DNA of 62,961 nucleotides, counting the filler, from Calcarisporiella thermophila CBS 279.70 (Eukaryota > Fungi > Calcarisporiellomycota), in assembly GCF_041956535.1 (NCBI RefSeq). It is 5 parts of 5 records of this genome, joined end to end, with 100 filler letters (N's around TTAATTAATTAA, not from the genome) between each part and the next. Parts side by side here need not be neighbours in the genome. Positions count along the whole stretch, not along the records: positions 49,509 to 57,982 come from NW_027192208.1; positions 58,083 to 60,523 come from NW_027192194.1; 3 more parts are not named here. One strand, 5' to 3'. This document shows, one piece after another, positions 50,081 to 60,623 of this stretch. The position numbers and the translations under genes were made by a program. The notes below the pieces were generated by a model. The model saw only the letters and a list, made by a program, of their open reading frames with translations. It had not been told where the DNA came from and ran no database searches. How positions within the stretch are numbered: position 1 is the stretch's first letter; the number at the start of each line of letters is the position of its first letter.

Positions 50081-50874
50081 ACTCCTTTTCCCTGTCTTCC
50101 ATTATTATATTGCCTTCTTCCTTGGTAGTTGGGTCTGCTCTGAGGCTTTGGTTTGTGTGTTTGGTCGAAGAGTATTGCCGCTCTTTCCTGTTCCATAACC
50201 TCGCTAATAAACCCCTCTCCAAAAAGGCTGTCTTTTGAGCTCGAACGTACGAATTTTGCGTCCCGGGCCATGCCTTGCGGAAGTTTGGCTTCTTTTGCAA
50301 TCCTGGATCGGCGTTCCACTTTAACCTTTGCGGCCGTATGTAGGGTAAGGTAGATCGTATCTTCAAGGGTGACTGCGAGGTCTTTGGGGTCGATTTTTCC
50401 TTGATCCGCGTCCATTTTGTTGAGGAAGAGCAAGAGAGGTCTTGCGAGTCCCAGGATGTCTTTTTGGATTTCTGCAAGGTAGACGTCCAGTAGAAGTGTT
50501 TGTTTTGGGATACGATGTTGCCGGAAGCTCTCCAGTCTTGGGCTTTGGAGGTATCCTCCTCTTGGGGTTGGGTACTTGTGGAAGAGGCGCTTTGCTGATC
50601 TGCTTGATAAGAGTGAGAGTGTGGAGTCTTCTGGGAAGAGGTGTTTGACACTCTCTTGTAAGTCGTATGCTCCAGCCTCGCGTGCTTCAATGGCGGAAAC
50701 CAACTTTTCTTCTTCTTCTGCTTCCTCTTCTGGATCATTGTCAGAGTGGGAGTTCTCTGATTCGTCCTCGTACTGTTGGGCATTTCTGTCTTGTCGACGT
50801 TCATATCGTCGTTCCAGTTGGGCCAGTCTATCGAAGATCTGTTCCAAAGCTTGCTCATTGTTCATCGTTATCAA
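49957..50874 (-). CDS. DIRS gag-like ORF1
   Basis: 305-aa ORF overlapping the RT start; coiled/acidic N-terminus, D..LAEIQ..I..LARPL motif, low-complexity R/N/Q tail. Confidence 0.75.
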   Translation of the reverse strand: MITMNNEQALEQIFDRLAQLERRYERRQDRNAQQYEDESENSHSDNDPEEEAEEEEKLVSAIEAREAGAYDLQESVKHLFPEDSTLSLLSSRSAKRLFHKYPTPRGGYLQSPRLESFRQHRIPKQTLLLDVYLAEIQKDILGLARPLLLFLNKMDADQGKIDPKDLAVTLEDTIYLTLHTAAKVKVERRSRIAKEAKLPQGMARDAKFVRSSSKDSLFGEGFISEVMEQERAAILFDQTHKPKPQSRPNYQGRRQYNNGRQGKGVWGQRSPRNQRYDNNSNANYNNAPSNPTNTSSSQLNRFPGN

Positions 50875-52656
50875 GTGTAGAGGATTACTAATTCTTAGCG
50901 CACGATTCGGAGGCTTCGAAAAAGCTAGGGAACAAGGATAGCGGACACCGTTTTTAAATAACTTTGTTTTCAGTATTATTACTTTTTTACAATTAATTCT
51001 AAAAACAGCAATTTGGAAAAAATTTGATCAATATTTTACTTCAATTTTATACTTTTTTATATTTTATTATTACTTTCTGTAACTATGAATAAAGCACGAT
51101 TTGGGCTCCGAAGGAGCAGATACCATCCAGGGAGAGAACCTTGGGCACGATGCCTAAAGGGCATTGGCCGAGCCTGTGAAGGCTAATAATAGTTGAATTT
51201 ATCTCAGAAAGTTTTGTATTTATTAAATCGAAATCTTCATGATCTCAACTTTCCATTCTCTTTCTCTACAGACTGGTTGTCATAATAACTATATAGTTAG
51301 GATTTAGAATACGAGTATAATCTGACTATCGTTGAGTATCTCCATCCTAGTCTTAATAACACCTTGATTCTCTTCATATTAATCAGTTTATTTCAATCAT
51401 CTTTAGTGTGCAATTTCCACTAACTCCTAAACGAGATTCATCCTTTCTCACAGATCGCCCTGACCTATTAGCTGTGAGAATCTGCTCGTTAGACGCCTTT
51501 TTACTTTATCTCATAGATACTCAGTGAGATTGATATCTTGAAACTACGCCGGCCAATCAAGAGCTTGTGTCTGGTTGGTTTGGAACTAACATTCAACATG
51601 TTTTCCTTTATCCTTGGGATCATTGTCATGCTGGAATATTATCTGCTAAGATTGTACCTTCGGAGTGTCGCCATTAATTCATCATGACGCTTATATTATA
51701 CGAGTGTAAGTTAATTAAGTGAAAATTTGACAGAAAACTTGAAATAACCTCGGGACCATAAGAAGAATAATACTATAATTTGATATGACCAACCAATGAC
51801 CCTAATGTAATAAAGTCAAGTCTTATCACTTAACCTTAGCAACTCTTTATCTTTGCTTTTATTTGGGGAAATCAAGTTGAGTAGAATCAGATGCAGTTGA
51901 TTGGTTTACAATAGCCTCATGTCTGATTATGTGGTTGTGTGAAAAGCCGTTACTGCTACTGTAAAATAATATTCATAAGAACCTGTAGGTGCGAGTCATC
52001 AACCGAAAGTCACATAATCGGATGTATTCCGGATTTTAGGCGGTGACAATTTGTAGTATCACCAAATAATGAGACAGTATTTGGAATAGTGGATAGGCTT
52101 TGTATTCTTTCAAAATTCAATAGTTTAGGCTAGAAACAGTGCCATCAGGTTCAAATGATCTCTTATACTTCAACTTTCGTTTAGTGCAGAAGTTTAGAAT
52201 TTTAATATAAAGCCAAGGAATATCTAACTTGAAATGAGTAGTAAAACAATTACGTCATTTGCGGAGTTTATAAATTTGGCTAGAGTATCTAAGCTAGCAA
52301 CCGACAGATGTAGTACATAAATTGTCGCCACGAGTAAACCGCTGTGCTCAAGTTTCAATAGCCATTTTCAACTAAGTGGCAGAAATGTGCTTTGAAAATA
52401 TCAGAATGTAATTTAAAATTTTACATGTCATCTTTTCATTTATAAACTATTTAAACAACACGGTGATGTTGCAGGCTCACTTTTTTTTAACTACCACTTT
52501 CTTAACGGTTCCACCTTCGTTTTATACGGTATTTATATATATTCACCCATAGTTTAGTTTGCTCTAATCGTTAACATTGATTTTATTGCTCTCATCATTT
52601 CAGAATTTCCATTAAACTTAGCTATTGAAGGAGAAATCTTGATTTGAGCCTCAAAT

Positions 52657-52911
52657 ATGAAGTTGAACACCTTAGTATTTTTCTGCCTTGCCATAGTGTT
52701 GATGCTTTCTACCTCCGTATCAGCAGACTGGTGTTGGTGCGGAAAAGGCCCACGGGGAGTTTATCCCACCTACAACTGTGGTGTTAACAGGGGCGATTAT
52801 TATGATAGCCGCAATAAGAAATGGCATATTTCAGCCATTTATCCAAGTACGATAAGGAGTTTTAAAAAATGTTGCGCTGATAAAAAGAGCACCTGCACGT
52901 TTTCTCTTTAG
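52657..52911 (+). CDS. Small secreted cysteine-rich cationic protein (84 aa)
   Basis: Signal peptide ending VSA, mature CxC...C...CC...C (6 Cys), K/R-rich. Confidence 0.85.
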   Translation: MKLNTLVFFCLAIVLMLSTSVSADWCWCGKGPRGVYPTYNCGVNRGDYYDSRNKKWHISAIYPSTIRSFKKCCADKKSTCTFSL

Positions 52912-53701
52912 AAAAATTATTTTCGGTTTGCTATAGATCTTGTAAAGCAAGTTAATTATAATATAGAGAATGTTTCCTTTTTTCATATAATTCCACCTTG
53001 AAGTACCTCATTGCATTTCGTAACGAAATATTAAATTGACCTTATTTATATCTATCGTTAATTTACAATTTCATCTCGCAATATATTCAAATATAACAAA
53101 AGCGTTAAAACAACAGCATGGTCAACCGGATAACCGTTTTATCATGACCTTTTATTCAACAGTAAAAGATAATATTTTCGATTTCTGAAAACCTTATTTA
53201 TTCTCCCTGATGAAAGCTAATGATTTCATAGTCATGCATAGTAGGCAGAGAGCAGCTCGGAATATCACTGGGTAGAGAATGGGTAAGAGAATTTTAGTTA
53301 CAATGAGAAGTAGTTACCGGCTCATATCTTTATCTTCAATGCCAAAAAGTGGATTTTGCGGAATCTTATTAAGGATTGCAATATTTTATCCCAACTAATA
53401 CTCTTTTTCAACAGAACGAATTAAAAGACAATAAAAAACCAGGGTAAGAATAATTACGCAGCTTAATATTGAATTGAATACTATAACCCATTCAGACTAT
53501 TTGAGATAATGTCATAGCATTTCGAAAAGAAATTTCACATACAAACCAAATTATTCATGACATATTCATACATTGCTAAACCGTATTTCAATAATACAAT
53601 TGGAGCTCCTAGGTAAACTAATACACGTATCACGTAAAAAAAGTTAAATATCCTGACTATTCAACTAAAAGTCAATTCTTAGAATCCTATAAACTATCTC
53701 C

Positions 53702-54259
53702 TTATATACGCGATACCAGCTTGAACTGCGGGTTATGTACTTGAAAAATATAATATATGTATAGGATACCAGCAAGGGCCTCAGCCAGAATGGTGAGGTT
53801 CGTAGAAAATGAAAATACCCAAGGATATTCAAACATGTAATGCATTATGCCAGCGAAGAAATAAATCATCAGGGTTGCCCGATCGAAAGGGCTTACACGA
53901 GCGTTAATCGACATATCATCACATGCAATTGAAGATCTGATTAAGAGCCACCAATGTGTACAAAATATGATCTCTGTCGGCCAAAAAAGCCATTGAACGT
54001 ATATAAAACGCGGTGTGAAATAATCTGCAGGTCGCCAAAGATTATCGCAGAAATGTATTGTATGGAAAGTGAGATGTGTCGCATAGAGAATTACGTGTTT
54101 TCTCCATCTCCAGGCGCGTACAGCCCGATAAATTGCTAAGCTCGAACTTGTAATCATTAGGAATATGAAGATTAATCTCTCTGTTGGAAAATAAGGTAAA
54201 TTCTCTTCCACTATTATGTCGAACATGGGCATAATAGGAGATGATTTATAAGTTGCCAT
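53702..54259 (-). CDS. Multi-pass membrane protein of unknown function (probably continues in a further exon toward ~53540)
   Basis: 185-aa ORF with several hydrophobic segments and a GT donor near the ORF end. Confidence 0.55.
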   Translation of the reverse strand: MATYKSSPIMPMFDIIVEENLPYFPTERLIFIFLMITSSSLAIYRAVRAWRWRKHVILYATHLTFHTIHFCDNLWRPADYFTPRFIYVQWLFWPTEIIFCTHWWLLIRSSIACDDMSINARVSPFDRATLMIYFFAGIMHYMFEYPWVFSFSTNLTILAEALAGILYIYYIFQVHNPQFKLVSRI

Positions 54260-55432
54260 TTTCTGATAAGAATGGTAATGGAAAATAAGATGCCCAAAGA
54301 CAATAGAGTAATTGTCTAAAGTAAATTCTCACAGATACTACAAGTTTACCATCCCATCCCGAGGGACAATACTTTTGTCAAAAGAAAATATTTCACATGT
54401 ATTACGTCGCTTCGCTTTCATGTGTTAAATTTCATGTTTCAGCGCTACACAGATGAAAATTTGAAGCTAAAACAAAGCTCTGTAAGAGTTTTGATACTTA
54501 ATATATCTTTATTCTCAGATCAAACAAATTCTAAAACCGACAATCGATATCACACAGGGACAAGCATTAGTATTTTTACAGCTCTTGTTTGCATATAGTG
54601 ATTAAATTTCCTATAGAATTTCTGAAATTTCATGGACAATGCGTACGTAATAGCTAATTTAATTCAATGGCGGTCCTTGTATATATTTGCTTATTTACAT
54701 ATATTTATGAACTGTTTATTGAGCCGCTTTTCATTTTGCTCGTATAGTGTAATAGAGGTGATTTGGTCTAGACACAGGACCTAACATACTCCATGACATT
54801 GCACTCCGAGATCTAACACTTAAGCTTCGGCTTTTAATTGATAATAATACCTACAATATTCAACCACAAGATTTTCGAACTATTATTGATGGATATAAAA
54901 TTAGATCTTCTAATCAAGTCTTTTTTGGTTTTTTGTTAAGTTTAGTGTGTTTTAAACAACTATTCGACATCCTCAAATAAAATTAAATAGACTCAAAATT
55001 GTTGAAAATAGGGTTGCTAAGCAATCTTGTTTGCTCAACCAACAGTCGACATAATACAAGTTACGGTTTGACTGTGTAATCAATTTCCGATAAAACATCG
55101 TCTTTATAGACAGAGCTTAGGGTTATAGTTTGCAAATTTGAAGCGTAGCACTGAATTCCATTGCAAAGCCCCTGAGCAATTACTTTATTTTCAATGGAGT
55201 ATAAAAAAGGGGGTAGGTGTTCAAATAGTTACTCCCCCCAAATTTCTTTCTTCATCCAGTTCCAAACTGCTAATTGCATATCGCGTTCATATATTCGCTA
55301 TTATCTCTTTCATTATTAGACAACATTCACAACATAAATTTTCTAAATCATTCCAGTTTCTCCGTTTTTTACCGTGCTTTATACTAAAGAATAATTTTCT
55401 ATATCCCATTTTCTCCAATTATTAAAAAAAGA

Positions 55433-56563
55433 ATGCAATCCTCTATCTCTTCTACATGTTTAATCCCCTACGGCAGCGAAATATATAAACTCACACCAGG
55501 CAAACAGATAACTGGGTTGCTTACAAACTCAAATTTGGGGAATATTACGCTACCTACTTTCCCTGACACCGATGGCTTTCAATGCACAGTGGCCACTATC
55601 TCTGGCAAACCTACAGTATTGTTCGTCACGCATTTTCAAAGATTTCAAAGTGGCAGATCCCATAAGACTGTTCGTCTTAACCTCTTAGATCTCGCACAAG
55701 GCTCTCTTTCTGATCTGACCGTTGAGCTACCCTTGGCACGCAAAGCTTACCGCACACGACCTACGCTTATATCTGCCAACGACAAATACATATATCTTTC
55801 CGCGGAATACTACTACATTTATCGTATTGACATAGCAGCCGTTCAAGCTGGTGCACAATTAACTGGAACCCTAATCCAGGAGCTTTATGGAGCTTCGCAG
55901 CTGATTTCCCTGAACAATTTGATGTGGGGAGTTTCAAATCAACTCTACAGTCGCAAACTAATTCGAATGCAATATGGAGATGAATCACAATATTATATTG
56001 ATATTAAGTCAAGACAGCGATGCAAGAGTGGGACGAATATTGTTGGTACTCGAATCGACGAAAAAACCATTTACGTGTTCACTACTGCTGGTGCAGATTT
56101 AACGGTCTCATCCGACCAGGCATGGATGCCTGCTCTTTCTGTGACAAATAATAGTTTTCCGATAACTTGCTCAGAATCAGTTGGTGTTACTGCTTATAAC
56201 GGCTCTATTTATGTACTTATCCAAAGTCCTACCGACAATTTAGAGCGTTTATTCAAGCGTAATTTAACAACTAGTGGTAATCAGGAATGGAATCAGATTC
56301 TAGGTGCTCCCGTACCGGCTGGAGACGCACAGTTTGGCTTGACTGTGTCATCTGTAGATGATCTGGATGACCCAATTTATTTTGGCCCGTCAACAGGCTA
56401 TTTAATTGGCAGTGGTGTGGGTATATTCCTAGGAGGCTTTATCCTAGCAGCATTGATCACTTTCTTCATCATGCGTCGAAGGAACCGTAGTTCCGCTATG
56501 AAAGCAGCGAAAACCCAACCACCAGTGGATACTTCCATGCCTCAATCAGAACATAATGTCTAA
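55433..56563 (+). CDS. Single-pass membrane protein with beta-rich (propeller-like) ectodomain
   Basis: 376-aa ORF with repeated IYV strands and a C-terminal TM (LIGSGVGIFLGGFILAALITFFIM) followed by RRRNR. Confidence 0.78.
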   Translation: MQSSISSTCLIPYGSEIYKLTPGKQITGLLTNSNLGNITLPTFPDTDGFQCTVATISGKPTVLFVTHFQRFQSGRSHKTVRLNLLDLAQGSLSDLTVELPLARKAYRTRPTLISANDKYIYLSAEYYYIYRIDIAAVQAGAQLTGTLIQELYGASQLISLNNLMWGVSNQLYSRKLIRMQYGDESQYYIDIKSRQRCKSGTNIVGTRIDEKTIYVFTTAGADLTVSSDQAWMPALSVTNNSFPITCSESVGVTAYNGSIYVLIQSPTDNLERLFKRNLTTSGNQEWNQILGAPVPAGDAQFGLTVSSVDDLDDPIYFGPSTGYLIGSGVGIFLGGFILAALITFFIMRRRNRSSAMKAAKTQPPVDTSMPQSEHNV

Positions 56564-56998
56564 ATTGCCGAAAATTACGACTGAATTTTTCAGATATGTA
56601 AAAGACGATTTTAATTATCTAAACATTATATTTCTAAGATGTCACTATATATATTAATAAAATTGATGTTATTTAAAAGAGTTCATGACTTGATATTCCA
56701 TTGAGGAATTTTTAGATGGAAGGTTCATCGCTCATTCTGAACATTGAAGATAACAAAGAGGACTATTTCTTTGAGCACGATTCGAAGGCTTCAAATGAGC
56801 TGAAAAAAGGCTTAAAAAGTAGCTTCCCAATTTAAATGCATAACTTTAGTATATATTGATTTCGATAAAAATAAATCTATTCTGTATAAACTAGTTTATA
56901 ACAGATTCTATCCATCTTTTTTTATATATATATTCGCTTGACCCATTATCAAGAATCCCCATTAGCACAATAAAGAGAAGCGGTAACTTCTCGCATGC

Positions 56999-57364
56999 TC
57001 AAAAGAATGGAATAGCAGGCATATCCCCTCCACGAACATACAAAGTAAAGTCCATATAGTCTGCGTCTTGAATGGAAACTCGAATGCTTATAAGATGATG
57101 TTCTCCGTTTGGAGACTGGTTATTTACCCATGGTAAACGACGAACACGACCAAGGTGAAATACTACAAGCGCAAGCTGGCATCCCTCTTGATGCCAATAT
57201 ATACTCTGCTGGATTCGTACAAACCCAGCCTCGGAGAGTATAGCTGTAATTTCTCTATAGTATTGAGTATGTGAGCCGTAAGAATCGATTAGTGCTTTTC
57301 GCCCCAGATCATATTGTACTATCCAATGGCCATAACCAACAAGACTTTCTCTAACTGCTTGCAT
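56999..57364 (-). CDS. VapD/Cas2-like endoribonuclease homolog (121 aa)
   Basis: IVQYDL...L...YG...Y.EI...L...GFVRIQQSIY...LA.V...LPWV...IR...DFTLYV follows the VapD family pattern (AFDL...YG...Y..I...L...GF.W.QGSVY...W...IR....DFT). Confidence 0.75.
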   Translation of the reverse strand: MQAVRESLVGYGHWIVQYDLGRKALIDSYGSHTQYYREITAILSEAGFVRIQQSIYWHQEGCQLALVVFHLGRVRRLPWVNNQSPNGEHHLISIRVSIQDADYMDFTLYVRGGDMPAIPFF

Positions 57365-57982
57365 TTTGTTATTTTTATGAATATGAAAAAATAATAATAT
57401 GAAACCGCGTTTAGCTTTTTTGAATTCAGAATTCTTGCGGTTTTTATACAGCAAATACAATGCTTATTTCAGTTAAAGCCCAGAAATAGATAAATCAACC
57501 CTTTCTAGCACATACAAAGAGCATGCATACATCAATCTAAGAGATTATTCTATATTTGTGATCATATTGACCCAGAATAGAGAGTAGTATATCTTGTAGG
57601 CTTAACCTCCCAGCGATGTGCCTTTGTCTAACAGAGGTATAGGAGCAATGGTAGTATATTATATAACCACTTAATGGTCAAAGTTGCTTTATCAATTATT
57701 ATTATCTAGCATTATTTAGTTATGAATTAAACGTATTGAAATTTTAGAATTATAAATTAGTATTACTCTATTTATATCTCCTTTGTTTCCTGAAATATCT
57801 GCAGTTAAAGCCACAACAATTAGGTTTAGGATTAAGATAATGAAAAAACTTGAGTCGTTCATGTAAGCCAACCAAAGCAATTTCTGTAATCGTTAGCAAG
57901 CTAACACAATGTCGGAAGGAAATACTTCTTTAGACATCGAGTTTATGAGAAATCGTAGGCATTAGATGGGAGATTCCAAGCT

Positions 57983-58082
57983 NNNNNNNNNNNNNNNNNN
58001 NNNNNNNNNNNNNNNNNNNNNNNNNNTTAATTAATTAANNNNNNNNNNNNNNNNNNNNNNNNNNNNNNNNNNNNNNNNNNNN
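57983..58082. other. Assembly gap with artificial linker
   Basis: 44 N + TTAATTAATTAA + 44 N. Confidence 0.98.
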
Positions 58083-58380
58083 TTAAAATGATTGTCGCTC
58101 GTTTGGAGAATAGAAGTGGGGAGTTGGTTGTGAGAGCTTCATTAAAGAGTTCTAGGAGGAAAGGGGCCAGTTCATCTTCGAAAGCACTATAGAACTCAGC
58201 TGTCAATCCATCGGGGCCAGGCGATTTGTTTCGCGGTGCTTTGCGGATCGCTCTTCTTACTTCCTCCTCAGTGATCGGTCGGCCTAAGAGGGTTCGGTGT
58301 TCTGGCAATAGAGTGCTTTCAATGTGGCCTAGGAGTTCTTCTTGATCCGCCGAGGAGAGTAAAGATGGTCCACCTCCCAA
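58083..58380 (-). mobile_element. 5'-truncated L1/Tx1-like LINE ORF2 fragment
   Basis: PITEEEVRRAI...KSPGPDGLTAEFY...LAPFLLELFN...ATIIL, the start of the non-LTR RT domain. Confidence 0.9.
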
Positions 58381-58440
58381 AAAATCATGTCAAATTCTAA
58401 GAGAAGTAGGATAGATTCGCCGATGTCACGTGGACCAATC

Positions 58441-58513
58441 GGGTGTATGGCCAAATGGATAAGGCGCCTGACTACGAATCAGGAGATTCCAGGTTCGACC
58501 CCTGGTACGCTCG
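58441..58513 (+). tRNA. tRNA-Arg (anticodon ACG)
   Basis: 73 nt. Acceptor stem GGGTGTA/TACGCTC, D arm GGCCAAATGGATAAGGC, anticodon arm CCTGA-CTACGAA-TCAGG, T arm CCAGG-TTCGACC-CCTGG. Confidence 0.96.
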
Positions 58514-59469
58514 AAATCAACTTGCTAATGAGCACTCTAGGCTAACTTTTTGGCATCCTTTGATGCGGAGACCTTGAGGTTGATGGAAAATAGGTGAGCC
58601 ATTTATTTTTCAATTCTTATTTTAGAGAGTCGAGCCTAAGCTTTTATCCATCAGGTCTAAAGTCCTACTTTAATTTCAACCCTAAACTCTTCGGTGTTCC
58701 ATTTTGTTCCACTCTGTTCTCTGCTAATTATTTTACCCTCTAACAGTTCTTCATTAACCTTTCAAATTCGGTGCGCTTAAGAATATCAAACATATATGCT
58801 CTTACCATTGATGCCGAACGATTTGTATACATATATCGTTAAAATTAATTAAAAAGGAATTATATATCACTCGCCACTTTTTCGTCTATACTATTTACTT
58901 AGACTGCATAGAAAAGTGCGATGACGATACGGGAAAACAAAAAGAGGGATAAGGTTTCCAACATTAGCTGCGTCATGGCCGCTCGGTAAGGAAATCGAGG
59001 TGCAGAGCAGAAGTAAAGAGTGCTTTCCATCGTTCGCGTCAAAAATATCAGCCAAAAACACGATCAGGACGATTTTCCTGATCTCCATGGGAATGATTTG
59101 AGGAGGAGGGAAGGTTGGCGAAAAAAATCGAATATTTTAGAAACTGAATGGAATTTTGGGCAAATAAATGCGAATAATCGCAGGCTGTATAAACAAATTA
59201 AAATTTCTAACACGTCATGGACGGAATCTCTCGATTTTCATGGTTCACAAGATAGTTCTAGCCCAGATTTTGTGACACCAATATACCAATTCGCTTTTTT
59301 CTTATAAGAAGGCAACGCGAGAAAGCAGAACCGACTATTCTCTTTGCCATTGCCTGAATACCGACTCGCGCTTGTACTGTATGCTTTTATTATTTGACTA
59401 CACGCTATATCACCGTAAACTCTTCTACAGCTGACACCGACTTTATAAGACAACATCTTTATAATTATC

Positions 59470-59634
59470 ATGAATCCTAACGCAAATACTTGCAAAGTCT
59501 GTGGCCAGCAGGTATGTATTTTTAATCGTTTTCTCTTTGATTGGAGCTCGAATACTGATCCCCTTCTCTCATATTTTCATTCTAATTAGTTCGAAAGCTG
59601 GTACCAATTCCTTGGTCATAAGTGCTCGGCATAA
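59470..59634 (+). CDS. 28-aa single zinc-finger microprotein MNPNANTCKVCGQQFESWYQFLGHKCSA (intron 59512-59589)
   Basis: CAG|GTATGT donor, TACTGAT branch site, TAG acceptor. The in-frame splice yields C-x2-C-x3-F-x5-F-x2-H-x-C. Confidence 0.6.
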
Positions 59635-60169
59635 GAATATCTTAAGTCTGAATTGAGGGGAAGTGCTTTTTTTTCCTCTTATCTATTTTGTTGTAACAGA
59701 ATGTTTGTAGATACCAATTTAAAGCAACAGAGCCTCACGATGATATAAATCTCTTCCTTTGTCTTTTGTATATATTAAACTCCAAGATATTCGATCTTCT
59801 ATATTTTATCTTTCATCAACAATTCATTTGCCCTATATTTGAAAATGGAGCAATAAAATAGGATATTCCATTTAAAAAATAGCAATGTATGAGTATATCT
59901 AGGGAAAAAAAAAATTAATAGATATACAAGTAGGGAAAAATGTGACAGCGTGTTTTAACAATTTTCCTTTGAATGCTCATATCTCCTGAATGGATGGAAT
60001 ATTATAACAGCGGCTTTATTATTAAACACTGTTGGATCTACACTATATGCTGTTCCAACCGCTACCCCGGTTATAAATGCATTTTCTAAAATACCATGGG
60101 TATTAATATAGATGCTCGGGAAAAATGGCCTTCATGATAAAATTGAAGACATTTATTATCGTTATTTCA

Positions 60170-60470
60170 CATAAATATTTTAATACTTCGTATATCCTCC
60201 TCTAGCTTTATAAACAGCTCGGAATCTCCTCAACATACTCTCGTATAGGTTATCAATATAAGTCTTTTCTATATTCTCCTACGTGTATTTGATTCGTTTC
60301 CAGAGCTCTTCCCTATCCTTTGGCCGAGTAGGATAATCTTGAAGCCTCCTCTTCAAGAGGCCCACGCGTTTTCTATGGGATTCAAATCTGGTATTGAGCA
60401 GGCCATTCTAAGACCTTTATATTGCGATCTCGCAGCCACGCTTGAGTTGACTTGGCGATATGAGGGGGGG
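60170..60470 (-). mobile_element. Tc1/mariner C-terminal remnant
   Basis: [15 protein letters not shown]...KRRLQDYPTRPKDREELW, with a frameshift. Confidence 0.8.
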
Positions 60471-60523
60471 CGTTATCATGTTGGAATACGATCTTGTCCT
60501 TGTCTATCCCGTACCGTTCGAGG

Positions 60524-60623
60524 NNNNNNNNNNNNNNNNNNNNNNNNNNNNNNNNNNNNNNNNNNNNTTAATTAATTAANNNNNNNNNNNNNNNNNNNNN
60601 NNNNNNNNNNNNNNNNNNNNNNN
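60524..60623. other. Assembly gap with artificial linker
   Basis: 44 N + TTAATTAATTAA + 44 N. Confidence 0.98.

Noticed and set aside
51560-51650. Minus-strand IFQHDNDP snippet
   Set aside because: Tiny Tc1 debris, too short to delimit.
56999-57364. Link between the Cas2-like VapD gene and the repeat array as a eukaryotic CRISPR-like system
   Set aside because: They are on different contigs about 48 kb apart, and the array is explained by splicing.
58891-59495. YIGVT (GIY-YIG-like) motif in a short minus-strand ORF
   Set aside because: The other GIY-YIG motifs are not evident and the ORF is short with a non-ATG start.
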